Assembly: GCA_964384085.1 (NCBI GenBank)
Contig: CAYLJZ010000007.1
Coordinates: 3,340-67,339, forward strand
DNA length: 64,000 bases
Direction: 5' to 3'
Source of the DNA: an uncultured Desulfobacteraceae bacterium
Lineage (GTDB): Bacteria > Desulfobacterota > DSM-4660 > Desulfatiglandales > Desulfatiglandaceae
The notes beneath the pieces were generated by a model. The model made no database searches. It had not been told where the DNA came from and saw only the letters and a list, made by a program, of their open reading frames with translations. The position numbers were made by a program, and so were the translations under genes. Position 1 is the stretch's first letter. Every line of letters starts with the position of its first letter. Positions 18,755-27,869 of the stretch are shown here, piece by piece.

Positions 18755-18985
18755 ATGGACGATATCTTAGATTTTTTTGTTTGTGATGTCTGCTCGAATA
18801 AAGATTTTAACCTGGTTTATAATTTCTGCCTTCGGTTTCATGGGGTTAATTTCTCTGATGACCTGATCTACGACAAAATTGTGGAAGAGCGGTATCAGTG
18901 TACGGTGTGCAAAAAGACATTTACCAAAAAGGAGGTAGAGGAAGCCCTGTCCAGGCTTCGCAAAAAACGTAAAAGGACGACCTAA
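18755..18985 (+). CDS. Small zinc-ribbon-like protein (two CxxC pairs, basic tail)
   Basis: 76 aa with CDVC...CTVC, a G-rich SD-like stretch upstream and a KKRKR tail. I recognise no family. It is convergent with rng and overlaps it by 4 nt. Confidence 0.4.
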   Translation: MDDILDFFVCDVCSNKDFNLVYNFCLRFHGVNFSDDLIYDKIVEERYQCTVCKKTFTKKEVEEALSRLRKKRKRTT

Positions 18986-20523
18986 AGGTTTATTTCGTAC
19001 TGTTCCATGTGGAAATTCTCCTTTCCGATAATAGTGATCCTTCTCCCGATCCTTTTTTCCATGTCAATAATCGATTTCTGTTCCTCTTCCTTGAGGACCT
19101 TTTCTATTTCCGGGTTTACAAATATATGGACTTTCCCCCCCTCTTCTGGATTTCCGCACTCCCTTTCCAGGTCCCTGAATATCTCGTAGCAGACCGTCTT
19201 GGCCGATTTGAGGGTCCCCCGGCCCTCACAATAAAAGCAGGTGTCGGTCAACAACCGATTCAGACTTGCCCGGGTCCGCTTTCGCGTCATCTCGATCAGC
19301 CCTAAGTCGGACATGGGCAGAACATTGGTCTTTGCCCTGTCCTTGCTCAACGCCTCTTTGAGGGCCATGAACACGCGATGGCGGTTGGGGACCTTCTCCA
19401 TGTCTATAAAATCGATCACAATCAGACCCCCGATGTTTCTGAGCCGCAGCTGATAGGCGATCTCCTTGACCGCCTCCAGGTTGGTCTTCAGGATGGTTTC
19501 TTCCAGATTCCTCTTGCCAACGTAACTCCCGGTGTTCACATCTATGGACGTAAGGGCCTCGGTCAATTCAATGACGATATAACCTCCTGATTTCAGCCAG
19601 ATCTTGGTACCAAGAGCCCGGGAAATCTCTATCTCGACCCCAAAGGCGTCAAAGATGGGATCAGATCCCTCATAGAGCTCAACCAGGTACCTCAGCTTGG
19701 GGGCAAAGGTGTCGATAAACTCCATAACGGTTTCATATTCTTCCTCCGAATCGATAATCAGACGGTCCACTTCTCTGGTGAACAGGTCCCGCACCGCCCT
19801 CAGCGAAATGGAGAGGTCCTTGTACAACAGGCCGGGGCTCGCTCCCTTTTCCATTTTTCCCTGAATGTTGCTCCAGAGTTTGAGGAGGAAGTCCATCTCG
19901 GCCGCCAGCTTCTCTCTGGTACCGCCCTCGGCCACCGTTCTCACGATAAACCCCATCGAATCAGGCCTGATCTTTCGAATAATTCCCTTCAGCCTTTCCC
20001 TTTCCTCCTTGTCCTCTATTCTTCTGGAGACCCCGATATGGTTGACCGTAGGCATGAGGACCAGGTGCCTCCCCGGAAGGGAAATGTGGGAGGTCAGGCG
20101 GGCCCCCTTGTTTCCGAGGGGTTCTTTTGCCACCTGAACCATGATGTTTTGACCTTCGTGAAGCAGTTCCTCGATCTGCAAGGCACTCTCTTGGGGCATG
20201 TCCGCCTGGGAGTCATCGGAATCCGACGCTTCCCTCTCTTCACCGTCTTCCCCGTCCTGGCTGTTCTTGAGCATCATTTGTTCAACGTCTGAAAAATCCT
20301 TATAGACATCCGATACATAGAGAAAAGCCGTCCTGCCGAGCCCAATGTCGACGAACGCGGCCTGCATCCCCGGCAGAACCCTCGCCACCCGACCTCGATA
20401 GATATTTCCTGTCAATTCCTGTCCGGTGTCTCTTTCAATGTGAAGTTCTACCACAGTATTGTCTTCGACGAGGGCAACCCGCGTCTCGTAGGCCCTGGCA
20501 TTGATGATCAGTTCGTTGGACAT
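18982..20523 (-). CDS. rng: Ribonuclease G/E family (Rng/CafA-type)
   Basis: N-terminal S1 domain (GNIYRGRVARVLPGMQAAFVDIG), the RNase E/G catalytic core and 513 aa, all typical of RNase G. Confidence 0.9.
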   Translation of the reverse strand: MSNELIINARAYETRVALVEDNTVVELHIERDTGQELTGNIYRGRVARVLPGMQAAFVDIGLGRTAFLYVSDVYKDFSDVEQMMLKNSQDGEDGEEREASDSDDSQADMPQESALQIEELLHEGQNIMVQVAKEPLGNKGARLTSHISLPGRHLVLMPTVNHIGVSRRIEDKEERERLKGIIRKIRPDSMGFIVRTVAEGGTREKLAAEMDFLLKLWSNIQGKMEKGASPGLLYKDLSISLRAVRDLFTREVDRLIIDSEEEYETVMEFIDTFAPKLRYLVELYEGSDPIFDAFGVEIEISRALGTKIWLKSGGYIVIELTEALTSIDVNTGSYVGKRNLEETILKTNLEAVKEIAYQLRLRNIGGLIVIDFIDMEKVPNRHRVFMALKEALSKDRAKTNVLPMSDLGLIEMTRKRTRASLNRLLTDTCFYCEGRGTLKSAKTVCYEIFRDLERECGNPEEGGKVHIFVNPEIEKVLKEEEQKSIIDMEKRIGRRITIIGKENFHMEQYEINL

Positions 20524-20727
20524 AGAGACCGCCTCCTTAGGCCGTTAATCATCCGCATATCATCCTGACAAGCCATCAGGTGAAGACAACGGACCCTGTT
20601 TATAGGGCGCATGGGGTTGACGCCAGACCCCCCTGCACGGACCCGGTTTTGGAAACGCTGATGGCATACAATGCCGCGTTCAGGGAACTGCCAAGGGTTG
20701 GTGAAACCAGGGGGTTCAAGCCCCAGT

Positions 20728-23256
20728 CTATGCCAATATCTGACCCGTCTTCAGAACCCCCGTGCTCCGAATGTCCTCATCTTTCAGCTCGAAAATGCCC
20801 TTAATAACCTCTGTGGGTTTCAGCCCTGGACCTTCTCGCTCTTTGATGGTCAGGCTTACCTTGTCGGGCGCGACCAGGGAGATGTGGCTCACGATGGATC
20901 GAACATCGATCTCGTGCTCTCCGCTTTTCCCTTTCTTGATCAGGGGAAAATTGTCCGACCGAAGAAATTTGTCCAGCTTATCGTCGGGGTATTTCAGACC
21001 CTTGAGGGTTATCAAAAAACGGCTTTCGATGATGCGGACTTTTTTCCCGCCAACGGGGACCTCTTCCACAGAGCTCACGTCCACGCCTTCGGGAAGCTCG
21101 GCATTGAGTTTCTCCTTTACAGCGGTGATATCCACCGGATAGAGGAATTCCACCTGCATGAGCTCTTCCAGGCTTTCGGTCCCCACCGGAAGGGCCGTGA
21201 AAAATGAAACCTTGGGCATGGGATGATAGCCCTTGGAACAGGCCAGATCCAGTCCGGCCCTGCGAAATGCACGAATCAGAACCCTGACCAACTCCAGATG
21301 GCTGAGATGCCTGGCCTTTTTGAGCTTCCTGTAGGTGATGCGATATCTCTTGACAGATTCGGGAAACGGCCGAACCGTTCCGGCAGGCGCCGCATCCAAT
21401 GCTGTCCCGGAGCATGGATGGAGGACCGGGTCGACACCGTGATGATCGCATACGCCGCACTCCAGACAGCGGAGTCTGCAGTCGGGGGTCAGGTCCGCCT
21501 CCCCGGCCTTTATCCATTCTTTCCTGAGAAAAGCCTTGGTTACCCCCGATTGAATATGGTCCCAGGGGAGGGTCTCCTTCAAGTCCCTTTCCCGATAGAG
21601 ATAAAAGTCGGGATCCAGCCCGCACCGGGCGAAGGCCTCTTCCCAAACATCCTTTCTGAAGTGTTCTCCCCATGCATCGAATTTGGCCCCCAAACGCCAC
21701 GCCTCCATGACCGCAGGGGCCAGCCGCCGGTCGCCCCGTGAAAAAATCCCCTCCAGCCAGCTCAATTCGGGTTGATTCCACTTGACCCGAATGCGACTTC
21801 TCGAGAGCCCGTCCTGGATTCGGTGTATTCGACGCCTGCTTTCCTCCAGGGGGACCTGGGTCGTCCACATGAACGGGGTGTGGGCCTTGGGTACGAATGT
21901 CGAGATACTGACGTTCAGATTGTCCTTTCTCCCTTTTCTCCCGGCCATCTGAGTGATCTGTCTGGAAAGCGTGATAATGTCCAGAAGATCTCCTTCTTGT
22001 TCATAGGGGAGACCGATCATAAAGTAAAGTTTAATTAGATTCCAGCCGGCCCGGTAAACGGCCTGCGACGTTTCCAGAATATCTTTCTGGGTCAACCCCT
22101 TGTTGATGATTCGCCTCATCCGGTCATTGCCCGCCTCCGGGGCCATGGTAAACCCGGTCTTTCTGACCCTTTTGATTTCCTCCATCATTCCAGGATCCAG
22201 GCTGTCCACTCGAAGAGAGGGAAGACTCACGCCGATGTTCTTGGGGGAGAGTCTGTCCATCAGACGTTTGAGCAGGGGTCCGATGCAACTGTAATCGCCG
22301 GAACTCAGGGAGAGAAGCGACAGATCTTCATAGCCGGTCAATCCAAGGGTATTTTCCGCTTTTTCCATGATGGATTCAAGGCTTCGTTCCCGCACCGGAC
22401 GATAGATCATTCCTGCCTGGCAGAAACGACATCCTCGAGTGCATCCCCTTGTAATTTCGATGGAAACTCGGTCATGGACCAGCTCGGCGAACGGGACAAT
22501 CTGACGCTCAGGAAACGGGCAGGCATCAATATCCGGCACAATGGCCTTTCTTACCCCACGGTAATCCGCGTGAACCGGGACGATCTCCGCCACCGGGCCA
22601 TGCGGTTCATACTGTATATTAAAAAAGGAAGGGATGTATATTCCTCTCACATAACGCAGATCGTAAAGGAGGTCTTTTTTGCTGAGCCTTCCGCTGTGCT
22701 TGGCCTGGCGCACAGCACGGCATATCTCCAAGGCCACGGATTCGGCGTCCCCAACAACCATCAGGTCAAAAAATGCCGCGACAGGCTCGGGATTAAAGCA
22801 GGCCGGGCCGCCAGCAATGACAAGGGGGTCGTTGTCGGATCGCTCTCGCGCCAGCAGTGGAATGCGCGAAAGGTCCAGCATATTCAGGACGTTTGTGTAT
22901 GAAAGCTCATGCTGGAGGCTGAAGCCGACCAGATCAAACTCCCTGAGGGCGCGGTCCGATTCCAGCGTTGTGAGAGGAATCTTCAGCCGTCTCAGCTCCG
23001 CTTCCATATCCATCCAGGGACTATAGACCCTCTCGGCGGCCAACCAGTCTTCGGCATTCAGAATATTATAAAGGATTTTCAGCCCAAGGTGGGACATGCC
23101 CACCTCATAGACATCCGGGAATGCGAGGGCAATGGACACCTCTGTCTGCGAGGGACTTTTCCTCACGGCGTTGATCTCGCCGCCTATGTAGCGGCTCGGT
23201 CGGGAGATTTCGGCAAAACAACTCTGGTCTACGATGGACATGATATAGGTGCTCAT
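20728..23256 (-). CDS. Fused B12-binding-like radical SAM protein (TIGR03960-like) plus radical-SAM-linked DUF2344 (TIGR03936-like)
   Basis: Contains the CTRGCRFCQAG radical SAM CxxxCxxC cluster. 842 aa with an added C-terminal domain. Family names come from memory of the architecture, not from a search. Confidence 0.8.
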   Translation of the reverse strand: MSTYIMSIVDQSCFAEISRPSRYIGGEINAVRKSPSQTEVSIALAFPDVYEVGMSHLGLKILYNILNAEDWLAAERVYSPWMDMEAELRRLKIPLTTLESDRALREFDLVGFSLQHELSYTNVLNMLDLSRIPLLARERSDNDPLVIAGGPACFNPEPVAAFFDLMVVGDAESVALEICRAVRQAKHSGRLSKKDLLYDLRYVRGIYIPSFFNIQYEPHGPVAEIVPVHADYRGVRKAIVPDIDACPFPERQIVPFAELVHDRVSIEITRGCTRGCRFCQAGMIYRPVRERSLESIMEKAENTLGLTGYEDLSLLSLSSGDYSCIGPLLKRLMDRLSPKNIGVSLPSLRVDSLDPGMMEEIKRVRKTGFTMAPEAGNDRMRRIINKGLTQKDILETSQAVYRAGWNLIKLYFMIGLPYEQEGDLLDIITLSRQITQMAGRKGRKDNLNVSISTFVPKAHTPFMWTTQVPLEESRRRIHRIQDGLSRSRIRVKWNQPELSWLEGIFSRGDRRLAPAVMEAWRLGAKFDAWGEHFRKDVWEEAFARCGLDPDFYLYRERDLKETLPWDHIQSGVTKAFLRKEWIKAGEADLTPDCRLRCLECGVCDHHGVDPVLHPCSGTALDAAPAGTVRPFPESVKRYRITYRKLKKARHLSHLELVRVLIRAFRRAGLDLACSKGYHPMPKVSFFTALPVGTESLEELMQVEFLYPVDITAVKEKLNAELPEGVDVSSVEEVPVGGKKVRIIESRFLITLKGLKYPDDKLDKFLRSDNFPLIKKGKSGEHEIDVRSIVSHISLVAPDKVSLTIKEREGPGLKPTEVIKGIFELKDEDIRSTGVLKTGQILA

Positions 23257-23315
23257 TGCTGGTTACTGGTTGCTGGATACTCCGAATGCTGGATGGGAAG
23301 ACGCCGGTGATGGCG

Positions 23316-23332
23316 TTTTTCCGACCTTCGAC
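23316..23332. repeat. 17-nt inverted copy of the 18558..18574 repeat (TTTTTCCGACCTTCGAC)
   Basis: Exact reverse-complement match. A further AGGTCGGAA copy (reverse complement) lies at 23494..23502. Confidence 0.6.
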
Positions 23333-23356
23333 ATCTTGTATGAAGCTACGTGACCG

Positions 23357-23380
23357 GATGTCCGATGTCCGATGTCGGAG
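23357..23380. repeat. Tandem heptamer GATGTCC GATGTCC GATGTCGGA
   Basis: Read directly, in the intergenic region between the pilS stop and the radical-SAM start. Confidence 0.5.
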
Positions 23381-23512
23381 ATCCGCCTATTCAACATGAG
23401 AGCTCTTGTATGAAACTTGAATTATGTAAACCTAAAAACTCAGTTTGTTGGTTGATCAAACTGGGCGCTTTGGCGGCCGGCGGCAGAGCTGACTTCCGAC
23501 CTTTGTGTTCCG

Positions 23513-25219
23513 TTAACCGTTCCGCTGACTCGCTCGAACCGGGAGCACGATCGTAATCTCGGCCCCTCCACCGGGATGATTGCGGCCGGACGCCTTCCCT
23601 TGGAGTCGGTCGATGATTCGTTTCACAATAGCCAGGCCCAGGCCCGACCCCTTTTCTTTGGTGGTGAAAAAGGGGAGAAAAATGCGAGTGAGAGTTTTTT
23701 CATCAAACCCCTCTCCGGTATCTCGGATAACGACAGTAACCTGGGCCGACTCGAATCCTTCTGGTTCATCGCCCACCGATGTGGAGATGGTGAGGGTCCC
23801 CCCCTTGCCCATTGCCTCGGATGCATTGAGAAAGAGATTCCAGAAGACCTGCTTGAGTTGATCTGAATCCGATTCGATAACAGCGTGACCGTGAAAGTCC
23901 GTGACAATGTCAATTCCCTTATGGCAGGCATGGCTGTTTTTAAACAGCTCCAGGGACTCGATGATCAACTGATTCAAATCGAATTCCGTCAGCCTCGGCA
24001 TCTGCGCCCTGGCAAAAAGGAGAAAGTTCGAAACCAGGTCGTTCAGCCGCTCTGTTTCCCTCAGGATGATATCCATGAGCCGGCGGTTGGTATCGTTCTG
24101 CTCGATTTCATCTCTCAGCATTTCGATGGATCCGCTGATGGATGCCATCGGATTCCGAATCTCATGGGCCATTCCGGCTGCAAGCTCGCCGATGAGGGCC
24201 AGACCTTCCACCTCCTTCATCTCCTCCTGGATCTGTTTCATTTGGGTCACGTCCTGAAGAGAGAGGATCCGTCCTTTCTGTTCACCCGGTGAAAACTGAA
24301 TAGAAGAGGTGGAGACCTGCAAGTGCATGTTTTTCCCATCCGGCGTTGGGCAAGTGACCTCGCTCAGTTGCGCCGGGATTGCAGGCGGACCGATTGGAAT
24401 GGAAGAGGGACCGCTCAGGTGTCCGGCCAGCACGGGAAAGTGGTCGCGCATCGGATGTCTGAGGACCTGAGCGGCTCCTAAGCCGAACATCTTTTCTGCC
24501 GCCGGATTGAACAGGATGATCCTTTCCTCCTCATCCAGGACGATCAACCCTGACGTCAGGTTTCCGATAATGCTCTCGTGAAAAAACTCCAGCCGGGTCA
24601 GGTCGCATTCCTTGACCTGGAGGGCGGCCCGGCTTTTTCTCGCCTGCTCCGAGAGAAAACTGCTGAGATACCCAACCAGATAGAAGGCGGCCATGTTTGC
24701 CGCGATGGTAAAAAAGAGGTAGTAACTCTGGTACTGATCAGGGTAGCTCAACCGGCTCGACAAGGGATGAATGATCCCATAATAGTGAAGATCGAGCAGC
24801 ACTCCATAGAAAATGCTGCTGCTGGATGCCAGCATCATGCCCCCTCTTCGGTAGAGAAGGATGCTTCCGCTGAAGATGCTGAGGATATACAGAAAAGAGA
24901 ATATGCTCTCGATGCCCCCGGTCGTGTATATGAGGGCGGTGACAATAAGGGTGTCAACGAGAAGCTGAAGATGCGTCTGCAGTCGAATGTTCTTCGACTT
25001 CTTTAGCAGAAACACGTAGATGATGCTGACGAAATACACGGCGGCGAGCAGGAGGTAGTGGGAGGTGTGAATATCGCCGAAATAGGTTCGGCTCTCCTGA
25101 ACCTGGATAACGATGAGGGCGCCCAGGAGGAAAGAGATGAAAAGCACCCTCAAGAGCATCAGGATCTGAAGGCCCCTCAGAAGTTCATCTCGAGGTGTTT
25201 TCTGTTCGAGGCTGATCAT
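23513..25219 (-). CDS. pilS: PilS-like sensor histidine kinase (polytopic N-terminus, PAS, HisKA, HATPase)
   Basis: About 6 TM helices and PAS. H-box AAGMAHEIRNPMASISGS, N-box NLFLNASEAM and G-boxes DTGEGF / GSGLGLAIV. It lies directly downstream of pilC. Confidence 0.7.
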   Translation of the reverse strand: MISLEQKTPRDELLRGLQILMLLRVLFISFLLGALIVIQVQESRTYFGDIHTSHYLLLAAVYFVSIIYVFLLKKSKNIRLQTHLQLLVDTLIVTALIYTTGGIESIFSFLYILSIFSGSILLYRRGGMMLASSSSIFYGVLLDLHYYGIIHPLSSRLSYPDQYQSYYLFFTIAANMAAFYLVGYLSSFLSEQARKSRAALQVKECDLTRLEFFHESIIGNLTSGLIVLDEEERIILFNPAAEKMFGLGAAQVLRHPMRDHFPVLAGHLSGPSSIPIGPPAIPAQLSEVTCPTPDGKNMHLQVSTSSIQFSPGEQKGRILSLQDVTQMKQIQEEMKEVEGLALIGELAAGMAHEIRNPMASISGSIEMLRDEIEQNDTNRRLMDIILRETERLNDLVSNFLLFARAQMPRLTEFDLNQLIIESLELFKNSHACHKGIDIVTDFHGHAVIESDSDQLKQVFWNLFLNASEAMGKGGTLTISTSVGDEPEGFESAQVTVVIRDTGEGFDEKTLTRIFLPFFTTKEKGSGLGLAIVKRIIDRLQGKASGRNHPGGGAEITIVLPVRASQRNG

Positions 25220-25228
25220 GTTCTGGAA

Positions 25229-26440
25229 TTACGATCCCATGGCGGCAGCCATACTGAAGATGGGAAGGTACATGGCGATGACCAGCCCGCCGATAGATCC
25301 CCCCAGGAATACCATAAGGAGCGGTTCCAGCATGGAGGTCATTGCCTCCACGGCGGCGTCCACTTCGTCGTCATAGAAGTCTGCGATCTTTCCGAGCATC
25401 GTGTCTAAGGCGCCCGTCGCCTCTCCCACCGCGATCATCTGAACGACCATGCTGGGAAATATATCATTCTCAGAAAGGGGTTCGGCAATGGGCTGCCCCT
25501 CCGCAATGCTTGAACGCACATCGAGAATCACCTCTTCAAGCACCACGTTGCCCGATGTCTTGGCAACGATATCCAGGGCAGTTATGATGGGGACCCCGCT
25601 GCTGATCATCGTCCCCAAGGTCCTGGAGAACCTGGCTACCGCCACCTTTTTCAGCAGGGGGCCGAAGATGGGGAGTTTCAATGCCAGGGTGTCCGTGGTC
25701 TTTTTCCCGTTAGCCGTGGCCCGGTACCGTTTAAACAGGAACAATAGAACCACAAAGGCCCCAATCATGTAGTGGATGTTGTTTTTGGTAAAATTGCTCA
25801 TTGACACCACCATCTGCGTGGGCACCGGGAGGGCCTTGCCAAAGCTTGCGAACATCTCCTGAAATACCGGAATGACGAAGATCATGATCACGGCAATGAC
25901 GATGATGGCAATCGCGACCACGACAATCGGGTAGGTCATGGCCCCCTTGATTCGGGACTTGAGCTTTTCCGCTTTTTCTATATAGGCAGCCAGTCGCTGG
26001 AGAATGGTGTCCAGGATCCCACCCACCTCGCCGGCCGCGACAAGGTTGACAAAGAGGTCATCGAATACCTTGGGGTGTTTCTGCATCGCCTCGGCAAGGC
26101 TCGCTCCCCCTTCCACATCTTTTACAATCTGTTTAAGGATGTCCTTGAACGTCTTGTTTTCGGCCTGCTCTGCAAGGATCGTAAGCCCCTGAACCAGGGG
26201 AAGGCCTGCGTCGATCATGGTGGAAAACTGCCGGGTGAAGATAACGATGTCCTTGCTCGTCACCTTCGGCTTCATAAAAGAAAGACCTTCAAAAATATCC
26301 TTTGGCTTGACCTTCAGCTTCTTGAGCGTCAGATTGCGCCGCTTTAACTGGAGTGCCGCCGATTTTTCATCCACGGCCTCCAGTTCTCCCTTTATGACCC
26401 GACCTTTCCTTGTCTCCGCAACCCAGGTGTAGACTGGCAT
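25229..26440 (-). CDS. pilC: Type IV pilus assembly platform protein PilC (GspF family)
   Basis: 403 aa with two T2SSF repeats (FTRQFSTMIDAGLPLVQGL and FSRTLGTMISSGVPIITAL). Confidence 0.9.
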   Translation of the reverse strand: MPVYTWVAETRKGRVIKGELEAVDEKSAALQLKRRNLTLKKLKVKPKDIFEGLSFMKPKVTSKDIVIFTRQFSTMIDAGLPLVQGLTILAEQAENKTFKDILKQIVKDVEGGASLAEAMQKHPKVFDDLFVNLVAAGEVGGILDTILQRLAAYIEKAEKLKSRIKGAMTYPIVVVAIAIIVIAVIMIFVIPVFQEMFASFGKALPVPTQMVVSMSNFTKNNIHYMIGAFVVLLFLFKRYRATANGKKTTDTLALKLPIFGPLLKKVAVARFSRTLGTMISSGVPIITALDIVAKTSGNVVLEEVILDVRSSIAEGQPIAEPLSENDIFPSMVVQMIAVGEATGALDTMLGKIADFYDDEVDAAVEAMTSMLEPLLMVFLGGSIGGLVIAMYLPIFSMAAAMGS

Positions 26441-26534
26441 TGCCGTCCTCCCTTAACGGTTCTTAAAGCCAACAGGATGAGCTGGCGCCACCGCTGCTTC
26501 CGTTGTTTCCTTTATGCCTTGTAACTCCAGGCCG

Positions 26535-26563
26535 AGAATAGATAATGCAGCCCTTCCTGTCAA
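26535..26563 (-). promoter_or_regulatory. Candidate sigma70 promoter for pilC-pilS (TTGACA-17 nt-TATTCT on the minus strand)
   Basis: Read on the reverse strand about 95 nt upstream of the pilC ATG. AAGGGAGGA SD at the start codon. Confidence 0.35.
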
Positions 26564-26691
26564 GAGACTCACCCTGCGCCCTGAGCCGGGTCCTTGCCGG
26601 CGGACGAAAACGGCGACGACGCCATCGGCCATTGGATTTCTCTCGCTGTGCGGTCCACGGGCTGAGCATTTGGAACGCCCTCGCACCTGAA

Positions 26692-27771
26692 CTACCCAGG
26701 GCGGTTGAGTTTGAAATAGTCGACGACCTCATCCAGTGAGACACCCTCCCCTTTTCCAAGGAACCGGTCCTTTGCTGTCATCACCCTTCTCATGGCCTGA
26801 TGGAGCCGCTCCATCGGCACCTCCCCTCGAAGAAGGCTGTCCCTCAGTCGCTCCATCCCTTCCAAAACAGACCCCTGATCCTCGCATATCAACAGGATGT
26901 CGCATCCGGCCGCAAATGCAGCCACAGCGCCTGGGGCTGCCCCCCACCCTCTCTTTATGGCGCCCATCTCCAGATCGTCCGTGACCACGAGTCCGTCAAA
27001 CCCCAGCTCTTCCCGCATCAGCCCGGTGACGATCCTGTGGGAAAGGGTGCCCGGGTTTTCAGAATCGAGCGCCGGATAGATCGCATGGGAGGTCATGACA
27101 GCTGCAACGCCCTCCTCCATGGCTTCCCTGAACGGAGGGAGGTGGAATTCTTCTATCTCCTCCCTGTCCGCATCGATGGTAGGGAGGTCATGGTGGGGAT
27201 CGCGTGTCGCCCTCCCCAGCCCTGGAAAGTGCTTGGCAACCGCTATCACCCCGTTCTCCTGAAGGCTTTTCACCACGCACCGGCCGAGGAGAGCGACCTT
27301 ATGAGGATCGTCGCTGAAGATCCTGCCGTCCAGGTGCTGTTCAGGGGCCCCCATTCGGACGTCCACCACGGGCGCCATATTCATGTTGAGGCCTACCAGC
27401 CTCATCTCTCTTGCAGTTGTCTCTCCGAATTCCAAGGCCCTTTCTGTTGCATTCGGGTCGTTTCCAATCACGCCGTTTCCGGGGAACAGGGTGAACGGTT
27501 CCCGCAACCGGGCGACCCGGCCGCCCTCCTGATCAACGGCCAGGAAGAGAGGAATCCCCTGACTCTCCATGGACGCCTCTTGCAGACGGCTGCAGAGGGT
27601 AGCTACCTGGACGGGGTCTTCAATGTTCCTCTTAAACAAAATAACGCCGCCCAGGCCGCGATCCCGAATCAAGGACTCGGTCTTTCTATCCATCTCGAGT
27701 CCGGGGATGCCGGCCATGAAACATCTCCCGATCCAGGCATTCAGTTCCGACAGGTCCAAGGGGGAATGCAT
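26692..27771 (-). CDS. nagZ: Beta-N-acetylhexosaminidase NagZ (GH3)
   Basis: Contains KHFPGLGRATRDPH and VVTDDLEMGAI, typical of NagZ/GH3. Confidence 0.85.
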   Translation of the reverse strand: MHSPLDLSELNAWIGRCFMAGIPGLEMDRKTESLIRDRGLGGVILFKRNIEDPVQVATLCSRLQEASMESQGIPLFLAVDQEGGRVARLREPFTLFPGNGVIGNDPNATERALEFGETTAREMRLVGLNMNMAPVVDVRMGAPEQHLDGRIFSDDPHKVALLGRCVVKSLQENGVIAVAKHFPGLGRATRDPHHDLPTIDADREEIEEFHLPPFREAMEEGVAAVMTSHAIYPALDSENPGTLSHRIVTGLMREELGFDGLVVTDDLEMGAIKRGWGAAPGAVAAFAAGCDILLICEDQGSVLEGMERLRDSLLRGEVPMERLHQAMRRVMTAKDRFLGKGEGVSLDEVVDYFKLNRPG

Positions 27772-27869
27772 CTAACGGTTTTCCTCCGATTTTTTAAGGA
27801 ATATTCATTGACATGCATGTTTATGATGTATAATCACTTCAACAAGATAAATGCAACGGAAAAGATGTC

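Noticed and set aside
20978-21868. 296-aa minus-strand ORF in a different frame within the radical-SAM gene
   Set aside because: It is an alternative-frame shadow (G/R/P-rich). The 842-aa frame carries the CxxxCxxC cluster and continuous family-like sequence.
23258-23276. TGG...TTGC (CTGGTTACTGGTTGCT) considered as a sigma54 -24/-12 promoter
   Set aside because: The spacing between the GG and GC elements is one nucleotide short of the TGGCAC-N5-TTGC consensus. The orientation (plus strand) also points into the 3' end of pilS rather than toward a gene start.
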